Assembly: GCF_022539665.2 (NCBI RefSeq)
Contig: NC_081332.1
Coordinates: forward strand, 6,138,001-6,202,000
Direction: 5' to 3'
Length of the DNA: 64,000 nt
Source: Daphnia carinata
Taxonomy: Eukaryota
Within the stretch, counting starts at the first letter, position 1. Every line of letters starts with the position of its first letter. Shown here piece by piece: positions 12,166 to 23,455 of this stretch. A program made the position numbers and the translations under genes. Under the pieces are notes generated by a model. The model made no database searches. It saw only the letters and a program-made list of their open reading frames with translations, and was not told the DNA's origin.

Positions 12166-14409
12166 TAATAATTGAATACTTACAGATAAACGAAAAACCA
12201 ATGGAAACAATGCTTACCAACAAAGCTAGCATAAAACAATATAAGTGAATTGAGCAAGCTAAATAAAAATGAAGAATGACAATGAAAGAGACATATTTTG
12301 CAAAAAAATTTTATAAAAAAAAATTTATTGACAATTCTCCGCACATTACAATTATTTTTGCAACTTTAAAAAGGCACAATAGCCCTTTCAAAAGTTGCCG
12401 TCAACCCAGGCAGGGGGAGACACTGCCTTGTTGACCCACCGGGGAGATTACCCGGTGATTGGCTAAGAGAAGCCGGAAGAAGAGCTGAAGATTTGGAACA
12501 TTTTTACAGGAGCGATTAACCTTTAGTTCGGATTTGTGGGTAGCCACATCGCCCTCCGTGAACACATCATCGGACTAAGCGGCACCCCACGTCCCCTTTC
12601 CGGCCAGAGCCCTCCAAACCTCGGTATATGTTGTTTTTATATATACCGTACAGTAGGGGCATGACCCCCTACGGGCTTATTACGAGTCAAGGGGAAACGG
12701 GGCTTCAGAAAAGAAGGGAGCCCAGATATGCACTTCAATTTTTTAATATCAAATACCGTCTGGGGAATCCGAATTAAGTATAGAAATGTCATGTCATCCA
12801 TCCAATCAATACAATTTATTCAGTGTCTTGCCCCAACCAAGAATTTTTTCAGATCCAATGTTACTATTAACCTATATTGAGAAAAGAAAAACAACACCGT
12901 TAAACATATCAACTGTTGATCATGTAACTTACATGACTCATAGATTCAACTTCTGGTGGAAGCTTGGGGAAGGACATACAAATTGCAGATTAACATCATT
13001 GTATAAGGCTCTTGAATGATAAACTAGCACCTGTACAATGTTGCATTGTTGATAGTTGTGTTCCCAGTACATGAAAATCCTTTCCTTTTGGATAAAATTT
13101 TTTTTGGTAGATTAGACCTGGTTGGCAAAAAGGAGGAGAAATTCTTCGTCATAAATTCAAAATTATCTGAAGAAAAATCCTTTCATACCTAAAGAGTCCA
13201 TGTATGATGTTCATCTCTGCAATGGCAGCAAAATTAAAACATCTTTAGGGCCATTTAAGTACCCAGTTTCCCCAACACTCTGAACGTAAAGGACAAGTTG
13301 TTCTTTAGACAGAGAAGCAGAATTATTTGAGGTTTCTAGCTGTGACAGAACTATAAAGGATTGCTGTTGTACTGGATTTATTAACACAAGATGGTACTTC
13401 TCATTAGACAATGTGCATACTCTATTACTTTACCTCATACCTTAATGGTAATGCACTCTCAGTGTTTTTTCATCTGTAGGCTGACTCTTCCATCCTGTAA
13501 CACTTCCAGACTTGATTTGATCCCCCATTAAATTCTGTGAATGCAAAATAATAGCATTAAAAATACTTTTTCAATGGACATAAAACCGAAAAGTACCTAA
13601 TCCATGTTTCATGTTGAACTTGTGCCATATCTTGGTTTCCGTACCACACCCATTTTCGGCCCAAATACGGTCCCACAATTGTTCACTTCCTTCACTGCAT
13701 GGGCTTATTACTAACGATTCTTTTTGTGCAGCACTAACAGAATTTAAATTTAACACACTGTCAGGTGGTAGACTGAATAACTAAACAATAAATAATTGTT
13801 TGTTAAAATTCTATACTTATTTGGAATTCTTATTTGAAAAGTTTAGGTACCTGACTGTGTTCGCCTAATGCCAATTCATCCTCATGTTCAGTTAGGTTTG
13901 AGTTTGGAAAAACCTCCTTCACTGTTTGGAAACTGTTCCGTTCCAATTTGTTCTTTTCCCCTAGCTGAGCTTGTAGACTCAAACTTTGAGCTACAAAACA
14001 CAAATGAATAAAAGCAAATAAATAGAATCATTATGTATTAGGCCTTACCATCCTTAGCTTTGCTGTTATCTAATATTTTGTGCTGTTGCAATAATTGAGC
14101 CTGCAGGTCCATAATTTGATCTAATAAACAATAATTAATAATTCAAAACAAATATAATAATGTTTATACTTACCATCCTTTTGTTGTATTATCTTATCCA
14201 TTTATCAATTGTTCCTCCAGCCACGCGTTATTCTCCATCCACGCTACTGAACTAACTGCGAATGGCATCCAATGGACTGAAATTGCCTACGCCAGTAATA
14301 ATGAGTCTGAGCGGTAGATGGCTACGTGTCGGAAAAAAAGAAAAAAGTGCGATTTTTAATTTTTTTTCCGCCATTTTTTTTTTTTTTTTATGTAAAACGG
14401 ATTGCCATA

Positions 14410-15070
14410 CATTTTGGCGAAAATCATTAAGAAGCGACATCTTTCAGAATTAAATAAAAATTTCACATTAGGCTCAAAATTGAACGCTTATTCTAACTGG
14501 CATGTTAGTTTTGCCTTTACCTATGAATTTTTTGAATTATGCGCAAAAAAAGTTGTTATAGCACAACTACTTTAATATTTTAGATTAGTCAAAAACCATA
14601 AATTCCACGCCAAATCAAGTATCATTTTCGTTATTCTCATTAAATTTTGAATCTAAATCGTATACATTATTGATTATTATTGTGTAAAACATTTTTAAAG
14701 AAAAAGTCGGGCTTAAAATTTGTATCGCAACTACTTTTATGTTTTAGGTTACTCAAAATCCATAAATTCCACGCCAAAACAAAATTCATTTTCGGGATTC
14801 TCGTTCAATTTTGAATCTGAATGATGTAGTTATCCCTATTTATTGATTATTTAAGGAAAAACAAAAAGCAGGAAATTTACTACCCAAAAAATTGTTTTTT
14901 CCAGCATTTTCTAATAATTCGTGTAGCAATATGATTCACCTTTACAACTAGATCTCATTAATGGGGTACCCGTTTCCAGCATCATCTTCGCATCGCATCG
15001 CATTACACCTGCGCCAGGCACATACCTGATGCATGGGTTTCCATGGAGAAACCTACGGGATTAATCCTGG
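14410..15070 (+). mobile_element. Right part of the host repeat with a Helitron-like 3' end
   Basis: Two ~165-bp sub-repeats (14564, 14728) resemble 5860-5935. GTCGGGCTTAAAATTT is shared with 6335. Ends in the hairpin GGGTTTC-catgga-GAAACCT, followed ~13 nt later by CTGG|T (CTRR before T). Confidence 0.5.
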
Positions 15071-15552
15071 TCATAATTTATTTAGATTTGGACTAGGATT
15101 AACCAAGAAAAATGCAGTTGGAAGGAAGTCGAACGAGGCAGAAAACTATTATTTATTCTTGTTCATCACGAATACTAATTTTTCGATTTCAACAGGTTGT
15201 CTAATACGAAAGAACTATTTTTCAAAACATTTCCCAAAAATCAACATTGATAATTGTTTTATGCGAGTAAACTATAGCGCATCGTTAATCATTTTCTAGA
15301 TGTTAAACTGAATTTTTAAAATACGTCTTTCCAGAAAATACGGTACATGTGCACTCACAATATGGCATTTGTATCTAGGGCTTGAAAAGACAAGTCTTTG
15401 GTGAATAAGAGATGGCACAACCGATGGGAACAAGACAACAAACAAAATGTGTAATACCTACTATACTAGTAATACCTATGACAGGTTCGTGAAATTCTCC
15501 AATTTTATGTCTACAATGCCTAATTGTCACGTTTGATATAGTAACTTAATGA

Positions 15553-17978
15553 CTAGGGAACTATTGGAGAATTAATGGAACCCTCAAATGCAAATTGATT
15601 TGAACTTTCGATTGTCATGACTGCATCCATGATTGAAGGATAGATCTGTGACTTAGGAAACGTTTGAAAATAGTTACAGCGATCAAGCTGTTTGATCAAC
15701 GGTTCAGAACAGTTGGCCAAAATTAAGGTAATACCTCGATTGTTCATCAGGTCGTTGTGCAGAGACGATAAGACTTTTGTACCACTAAGATCGACGTACG
15801 ACATGGCAGAGCAGTCGAGGATCAGGTACTCGATAATCACGACTGAGACGTCCGGTGTCAATATTGCTCCGCTGTTTAGCGAAGTGCTGGCAAGCGGGTC
15901 CAGTGTCCCGTATTTTACATGCGCTGCTTGGATACTTAATGACTCTTTCTCTGCGGCTGAGGCGATTCCTGATGTCAATGTGGCAGATTTGTAAGGATCC
16001 AAATGACTTTCTACCACATGCCGGAAAGTTTCGGCATTGGAAAAATGAATGGCCCCAGCCTAAAAAAAAAAATAATAGAAATGTTACGATCTAACGGAAA
16101 ATGTTTAAGTGATGTGACAATTTAATACCCAGCGGAATATCTTGATTCCGGGAACCTCTACGGCGGATGGGAAATATTTTATGTCGACATGCATTTCAGT
16201 GCCGTGTAAATGACCGAGAGTTGCAGCATATGGGCGATGTCCACGATAGATTAGAACCGAAATTGAAGCGACAATTCCCAAGCCAAGCCCAATATCAATA
16301 TCCACAATGACGACTGCTAAGAATGTAGCCATCCAGACAGCCGAGTCTAACGGTGAGGATTTCAGTGTAGACGTGAAATCTCGAAATTGTACAAACATTC
16401 CTTTAAGAGCAACGACAATGACAGAGGATAGGACGGCTAATGGCAGAGACTCGAAAAACGGACCAATCCAAAGAAGGATGATCAGTAAGAAAAAACAGGA
16501 AACGACGCTGGCTAGTTGAGTTTCTCCTCCAACAGATTCTTGTAACATGCTTCGAGAAAGGGATGCCGAAACTGGCATACAGGAGAAAAAAGAGCCCACG
16601 ATATTGGCTGTCCCCTGGGCTAGCAATTCTTGATTATTTGAAATTTCGTATCCTCGTTTACGGGCAAAGATTTTGGCCATAGACAAGCTCACAGCATAGG
16701 CTACGATGGCGACGGCAATAGTGTCTATCATGATCCGAGGTAATAATTCGTACGGTGGAACCCGTGGTTCGGGGAATCCAGTTGGGATATGATTGAGAGT
16801 TTTAATATCATAGTTGCTTGTCAAATCACCAAAATGCGAAGCTATCGTTCCAATTACCAGGATAAAAAGTTCGGTTGGAATAGGAAATTTGATTTTCTTT
16901 CCATACCAGGGCTTGAACCAGTCGTTGTGAACGGCCATTACGGTTATCGCGATGCAAGACGTAATAACTTCTGCAGGATTGGCTGAAGGAAGGGCACCAA
17001 ATATTGCGATTACCGAACGAATAAGCCTAAATGGTCCATTGAATCGAGGTATCTTTAATCCCAACAGGTTTTTCGTTTGGGAGACGACAACGTGAATTGC
17101 AGCAGCTGTTGTAAATCCACTAACGAGGTGGTCTGACAAGATTATTCCCAAAACTCCTAACCTGAGAATGCCCATTAAAATTTGCCAGAGTCCAACCATA
17201 AGACACACTGCAGTTGCCACTTCCAGACTAGTAAAGTGATTACTGCTAATGTTTTCAGTTTTCAATAAAGGTCCACTTGAAACATTGGCTATTTCAGGAT
17301 TACTATACTGGTCTACAATTTTACCAGTCATCAAAGTAGTCACGGCAAAGGTACCTAACAAATATAGAAAATAAAAAAAAAATCTGAAGGATTATAGTTT
17401 TTTTAATAAAAAACATACCAAGTGATATATGATGAGAAGTTCCAAGGCACACATAAACTAATACAGGGAAAAAAGCCATGTACAAGCCAACTATAGGTGA
17501 AACACCACCTAAAAGAGCATATCCCATGCCTGAAAATGATGAACATTTGTTAAAAATGTGTCAGAATAACTTTAAGAAAAAGCAAACCACTGGGAAAAAT
17601 TACCTTGAGGTATGTGCATGATTGCAACTGTGCAACCTGCCATGAAATCACCCAAAAACTGTTCCTTCCATGAGTACTTGGACATCCAATTTATGATTGG
17701 AAACAATCCATCCCAAAAATCTCTCGACAACATCGCTGTATAGTGATCAAAACAACTAGTCTTGAATTGGTGAAGCTTTCCTGTGTCAGCAAACATGCAT
17801 TAAAATATGAATACATGAATATGCCCAAAAACGTAATAAATTTTTAAATACCACTATTTTTAACAGGTGGTGTTTCAGTTTTCTGGAAATTGTCATCAAA
17901 CTGTTCTTGGTGTTGAAAAACCTTTCTTTCGATTTTTAACAAAAGGATGTGCTTCTCATCAGATAAATTACTTGCCAT
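15553..17978 (-). CDS. SLC26/SulP anion transporter (prestin-like) with C-terminal STAS domain; 5 coding exons
   Basis: Signatures [67 protein letters not shown] and STAS ILDCSAMSYVDLSG. ATG at 17978 (MASNLSDEK). Confidence 0.95.
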
Positions 17979-18516
17979 TTTCAATAATGGTTCGGTGATC
18001 ACAATAAAGTACTACTAAGTTACGGCAGCCAGACAAACCATATAGTAGATTAGTTAGCCCCAAACTATTAACAGGGCAACACAAATCATGAGATTCAGTC
18101 GTAGCTCAACTCTTTAAGTGGCTCATCCTGAATTGAGACATCAAAGTTTTTATATAAAGAAATGTTACAAAATCTAACACAAAAATGGTAAATACTAACT
18201 TGAACAAGTACACTATTTGCCTAGGATCACAATTCTTGCCTGTACAAGGCCAATCGAAGTCATTTTACGAATAAATTATCAAATTAACCACAACAAAGGT
18301 AGGAGTATTCATTCGTAACATCGATTAAATTGGCATACAAAATCTGGCATAAAAGTTATTTTGCCACTGCACGTAGCTACTGATAAACTGAGACTCTTTT
18401 CTTCGTTCGTCGAGCATTTGTTATTATAGAAAACAGGTGGAACTCATTTCATGTTTGTTAGATGGCAGTAGCTTCTTAAATGTTTCACTTCACAAACTTT
18501 TTAGTTAACCAACACC

Positions 18517-19345
18517 TATGGCAACCGTTTTCACAGACATGCGTACAATGTCCACGCCATCTATGAACAGGGATATGTACCATCCCACGCCATCTATGAA
18601 CAGGCATTCGCACGATTTTGCCACCATCTATGAACATTTATACGTACTATTACAACGCCATCGATGATCCCAATGCAAACTATTCCTGCGCCATCAACAA
18701 AAATGCAAACCATTCTGACGCCATCTATGAACAAGTCTGCAGACCTTCCAACGCCACCTATGAACAAACATGAAGATCATTCCAAATGCCATCTATGAAC
18801 AACCATTCTCAACGTCATCTATGAACAAGCATGCGTACCATTCCCAATATGAACAAATTTATATACCATTTCAAACGCAAATGAAGTTATCGTTACCTCC
18901 ATGGCCATCTATGAATAATGAAAAACATATTTGGAATAGCGAAAATAATGTGTACTATTTTCACACCACAACAACCAATAACGACTTTATATTACGCAAA
19001 CAAATTATTTATACCTAAAACACGCAATCATTCTCATTGTTATTAGGATTACATTCATTAGAATTGCTGCAGCACAAAATGGAAAGTTAATAGTTAATAG
19101 TAATAATAATTAAGTTACGCGAGTAGAATATAACAAAAATAATTACTGTATAGTTATCTTTAATCAAACAAAGTTAGTAATTTAAAAAATTTTATATTTA
19201 TATGGCTAGAATGCGTAAAGTTGTATTTAGAGAATTAAATAGGAATCTGGCCGATAGATGGCCATAGCTGTAAAAAAGAAAAAAAGGCCGGTTTCTTTTT
19301 TTTTTTTTGGGGGGGGGGGGGTAAAACGGATTTCCATGTGCCATA
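18517..19345. mobile_element. Short degenerate element related to the TATGG..CCATA family
   Basis: Left end TATGGCAACCGTTTTCAC. Right end TAGATGGC..AAAAAAGAAAAAA..poly-T..GTAAAACGGATTTCCATGTGCCATA resembles 14315-14409. No TSD seen. Confidence 0.55.
18554..18917. repeat. Degenerate minisatellite, ~12 units of ~26-35 bp, core ACGCCATCTATGAACA
   Basis: Core copies at ~18554, 18587, 18621, 18655, 18688, 18718, 18751, 18786, 18812 and 18902, plus two partial units. Confidence 0.9.
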
Positions 19346-19636
19346 GTTTATAGCCATTTGCAATTAAATTGTTATTTATTTTTTGGTTATGGCCTTTCGG
19401 AGAAATTCTGACATCTATTAACCGCGGAAATGTGCAGTAAAGTAACCGTCATCTAGTGACCACAAAACATGCCATAAAGATTTGAAATCTGAGCGTGGAT
19501 GAAAACGCTTTTGTTAACAGAAAATTACGCTTTTTGTAGAATATATTTTACGAGTTAAAACGTAAACTTTGAATATTAAACAATCAATCGCGATCATAGT
19601 TTACAAAATCACGCCACACTACCATTTACACACGTT

Positions 19637-20296
19637 TCACATCACATCCCTTTCACTTTGATTTAAAATATTTTTCCAAACAAGGGTTTTATTGTTCGAT
19701 GGCATATTTTCAATGCCCATCAGTTCTAATCCGTTTCGATTAGCAACACTTTGCAATTCATCAATGTCTCGCAAACCCCATTGGACATCTCGGGCTTTCA
19801 GGGATTGGTCAAAAATAATATTGCTCTCAGGACTTATCAATCCGTGATGCGCATAAGGTCCGTAGGTTATGAGCAAGCCATTGGAACTTAATAATTTGCC
19901 GGCTTTCTCAAACAAGGATAACGTGCACTCCCAAGGGCTAATGTGCATCATGTTGATATTTAGAATTAAATCAAAATTTTCTCGAGCCAAATTCCAGCGA
20001 TCAATGGGATCTGTTACATCGATGGCTAAAGGAGATAATACATTTGTTAAACCCGATTGTACTACATACTCTCGTATGCTCGGTAAATTGGAAATGGTAA
20101 ATTCTGAAGGCTGAAATGTCATAAAAGGCAAACTCTTTGCAAAGTGAACAACGTGCTGCCCGGTTCCAGAAGAAATTTCTAAGCAAACGAGACGATTATC
20201 CTTGTTTTTTTCGTAAGGATAATATTTTTGTAAAATTTCCAAAATCGGGTCCTTATTACGGTCTGCCGATGGAGCAAACAGTTTTTTATTGCCCAT
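19637..20296 (-). CDS. METTL26: Methyltransferase-like 26 (DUF938 SAM-dependent methyltransferase)
   Basis: APSADRNKDPIL, LEISSGTGQH, FQPSE, NINMMHISPW, YGPY, SNIIFDQSLK, WGLRD and MPSNN motifs; single coding exon. Confidence 0.92.
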   Translation of the reverse strand: MGNKKLFAPSADRNKDPILEILQKYYPYEKNKDNRLVCLEISSGTGQHVVHFAKSLPFMTFQPSEFTISNLPSIREYVVQSGLTNVLSPLAIDVTDPIDRWNLARENFDLILNINMMHISPWECTLSLFEKAGKLLSSNGLLITYGPYAHHGLISPESNIIFDQSLKARDVQWGLRDIDELQSVANRNGLELMGIENMPSNNKTLVWKNILNQSERDVM

Positions 20297-20610
20297 TTTC
20301 TGCAAAACAGTTGGGAGGTTATAATTAGGTTAATGACTTACACATATAACATTATACCCTTTGAAACAGTATTATCTTCTCTAGGCTGCGCAGAAAATCC
20401 AGAACACGAAACAGTATGAAGATGTTCCCACTGTTTACAACAGTCGAGCATTTGCTGAATTACAAGCTGGCAAGCAGATTCTTGATAATTGCTAGCTTTT
20501 GTCGGAACACTGTTAGTAACATTTTCAATTATGTGTTTAATATAGCACTTGCCTTGTAAACACTTTTGAATCTCACAAGCTGTTTTTTTGCATGGATCCC
20601 TTCTTGGCAT
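20286..20610 (-). CDS. CMC4: CX9C motif-containing mitochondrial protein 4
   Basis: MPRRDPCKKTACEIQKCLQ-ASNYQESACQLVIQQMLDCC...VSCSGF matches the CMC4 cysteine pattern. 57-nt GC-AG intron at 20496-20552 with a TACTAAC branch site. Stop is at 20338 if unspliced, or 20286 if the 20300-20357 intron is used. Confidence 0.9.
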
Positions 20611-22603
20611 CGAAACTAAACTAGATGTTAAAAAATACTACCCATTATTTACCGTAATTGAGACATATGAATCACGAAGATAACTAATCGTGCACGTTAA
20701 TTTTTTACGTCACATGGCCTCCCCAAATTTTGTTGGCAACTTGTCATAAGTACAATATAAAAGTAATCCATATAGACAGTTATGGGATGTGGTTCTTAGA
20801 TAATTCATCCTTAGATTATTTTTGGTGATAAATAGCAAATACTTAAGACTTACCATCAAATAAATACTCGTGAAAATGAAATTTAACAGAAGTAATATGT
20901 TAACAAGATCAAATTTTCAATAAAGAGCACAGGACAGGCGCACATCGCACAGATATGAACGAGGGATTTGCCATTTCGTCTGCAGATTTACGGAACACAA
21001 ATCTGAAGCGGAGTTGCATTATCTACGGAAACCACTCTGGTTAAAATAGTAGCCAGAAAAAAAAACTAAATAAGACGAGAATGAAAACGACTAAAGCTGG
21101 ACGCATAAAAATTGCACCACTTTTTTTTTGTTATGAGCATACAGAAGTAGTAACAAAAATAATCGATGTACAATTACATATAAAATCAAGAAGCTGTAGC
21201 TTTGTGTACCTTGTGACACAAATGCACAATGTCCTGTATCCCGTTTGCACGCAGCAATTCTAACCCACCAAACAATTATGTTGAAATTTTCGAATTCTAG
21301 TGTCAGTAATTGAAGATCACGATTTTTATTTGGACGATGATATAGACGATACAAGTCCCTTTATATATGAATAAATTCCTTGAGATGGCGTTGAACTTTG
21401 AACAATTCATCAAAACTTCCTGTTTTGATTTTCGTTCTGCGGGTATTGCTTGCATATGTTAATTTTCTGGTTTCTAGTTAATCAATTCAAAAAATTTCCT
21501 CATTCTCGTATAAACTTGATATGTTGAAAAAAAGAGAAATAGCCTACCAAATACACATATGGTATTATGTCATCATGTTGATTCCAAACGTCAAGAGTCA
21601 AACAACTAGTCTATATCGTGTGGCACTTGGACGAGATCCGCATTGACTTTCTTTTTTACAACAAGTAAAATCTTCGACCAAAAATTTTTCCTAATTACCG
21701 AGTGCCATAGTGCTTGATGAATACCATCATCCATGGAAATTTCACCCATTTTATTTATTTATATTGTTTGTCTTTTTCAGTTGAATTTATTGTTATTCAC
21801 GTCAATCGTATAATAACTATTTTTTTTTATTTCCCTATATCGGTTCTATTTTTCTTTTCGAGTTGTCGGCCTATACCACTTTGAGCGGTCCTTGTTCGAA
21901 CCGCTTTAAAGAGTTTCTATGGTAATATCTAAGTATACCCTATTATCTTTGTGACACGGCCAGCAGACTAAGTGACTAACTTCTTGGCCGTGTCTCTGTT
22001 GTCTCAATTTTTTTGACAACACCAGTGACCAAACAGTTTTGCTTAAAATATTTTTCGTGACACTACCTAGAAAAAAGGCTATACAAAATTAAATAAGAGA
22101 AACACGCGTGGCGTGAAATGGAAGAATAACAAGCTAGTTGCGATTATGATCGGCTTTCGACAACAGTGGCCCTTTCTATAAATCGCTAACGGCATGAGCT
22201 GAGACAATAGCCGCCTTTCTGAAACGTTATCCGGCCTTGTTTGGTCATAAATCTTATGTCCATGTAAAAGAAGGAGCAGAGCCACGACACAAATAGGGCA
22301 GCAACAGAACCAATTCTTCACCGAAAAATAAATGTGAATTAAGTATTCCTTTTTAATTTGGCCAAACCAAAATTAAGTCTACAATCTTCGCAGGGAGGGA
22401 TCATTTGCCGTATTGAGAAATTTAAAGACGCTACATATGGTCACAAGTGATGTATAATATAAATGCCAAACTAGTTTTCCCAGATCTCATTTCTCGTCAA
22501 AGGGAACGTTAATTGGGGAAATGAATATTTACAAGAAAAAGTCATACAATGTAAGATGAAATGCTAACCTACATGCATGCAATCGCAATCAATTTGTCGA
22601 AGA

Positions 22604-23455
22604 CTATGGAGAGGTACTCGTTTTCAATTCTTCCATTGACAAAGAAGGCGATGTAGTGGTCGAATAGATATCCATACTTCTCAGAGATTTAATGATTTCC
22701 ATCAAAATTCGAAAGGCTTCCACGTTGACTGGTCTTTCGGTAAGATTTCTCGAGTTAATCACCGCTGACTTGGTTCGGTTTTGCGGATTGTAGGACGCTT
22801 GTAACAGTAACTTGTTGACCGGTTGTCGATAATGGATCTCTGAATCCGGAATAGGCAACCGAAGCTCAGACCTTTCCCTTTCTTTCTCCCGCGACGCGGT
22901 CCGGGCAACCGGCAACCCAGAGGCCTGCATCTGGCGATAACCGGCATCCACCTCGTCACCTGTTTGAACGGATCGTGGAGCGCCGTACGGCAGCGGATTG
23001 TATACGGCGTTCCAGAATTTATTAAACAGCTTGGATGTATCCCCCTGAGAAGTGGACGTTTCATCGTTTTTAAATCCTTTGAAATTAGGGTCCCAACTCG
23101 AGGGCCGATTAATCAGATTTCTTCCGCCAAGAAGTTGCGTTATGTAATCCTCCTTGTTTGACGCGACGGTGGATGTCTCAACATCGGACATTGGGTCATT
23201 TGATTGGTCGTTGATAGGCTTACGCTTGTTACGCAGGAAGAGTTCTTCGTCGTCGGATGCCTTCCAGTATAGTGGATGATGGCGACTGCTTCTCATAGGG
23301 GGCATTAGTTGCCAGGGATGTGAGGAAATGGAACTCGTTATCCCAGTGATTCCAGATGACACCTGTACCACACACGCAGCAATCAAACAAGTTAAAACTA
23401 ACAAGTTTCCTAATCTCGTGAACATTAATGTTGACTGCTTATTGTCATTGTACAT
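22604..23455 (-). CDS. Putative secreted, low-complexity protein of unknown function (283 aa)
   Basis: Long uninterrupted ORF with a signal-peptide-like stretch (LLVLTCLIAACVVQVSSG) and a basic RNKRK site; no family recognised. Confidence 0.6.
   Translation of the reverse strand: MYNDNKQSTLMFTRLGNLLVLTCLIAACVVQVSSGITGITSSISSHPWQLMPPMRSSRHHPLYWKASDDEELFLRNKRKPINDQSNDPMSDVETSTVASNKEDYITQLLGGRNLINRPSSWDPNFKGFKNDETSTSQGDTSKLFNKFWNAVYNPLPYGAPRSVQTGDEVDAGYRQMQASGLPVARTASREKERERSELRLPIPDSEIHYRQPVNKLLLQASYNPQNRTKSAVINSRNLTERPVNVEAFRILMEIIKSLRSMDIYSTTTSPSLSMEELKTSTSP

Larger units (their letters stand above)
9390..14409. mobile_element. 5.0 kb palindromic (foldback) non-autonomous DNA transposon, copy 2, IS3EU-like
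   Basis: Termini TATGGCAATCCGTTTTAC / GTAAAACGGATTGCCATA, flanked by the 6-bp direct repeat CATTTT (9384-9389 and 14410-14415). ~2.1 kb inverted arms (9390-~11520 vs ~12295-14409). No intact transposase ORF. TAY..RTA ends with a 6-bp TSD fit the IS3EU superfamily as I recall it. Confidence 0.88.

Noticed and set aside
12455..12545. THAP-like reading WLREAGRR...VRICG in the arm core
   Set aside because: It has in-frame stops and no N-terminal C-x-C or HF motif, so the similarity is too weak to call
6863..14453. Short ORFs repeated in the island (MKTNII.., MSNEKYHLVL.., ..EQLWD..) as a multigene family
   Set aside because: They are copies of the same transposon arm with differing stops and frameshifts
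18554..18917. CRISPR-like repeat/spacer appearance
   Set aside because: Repeats are only ~15 bp and degenerate, the linkers resemble each other (ATGCxxACCATTCC), there are no cas genes and the context is eukaryotic; it is a minisatellite
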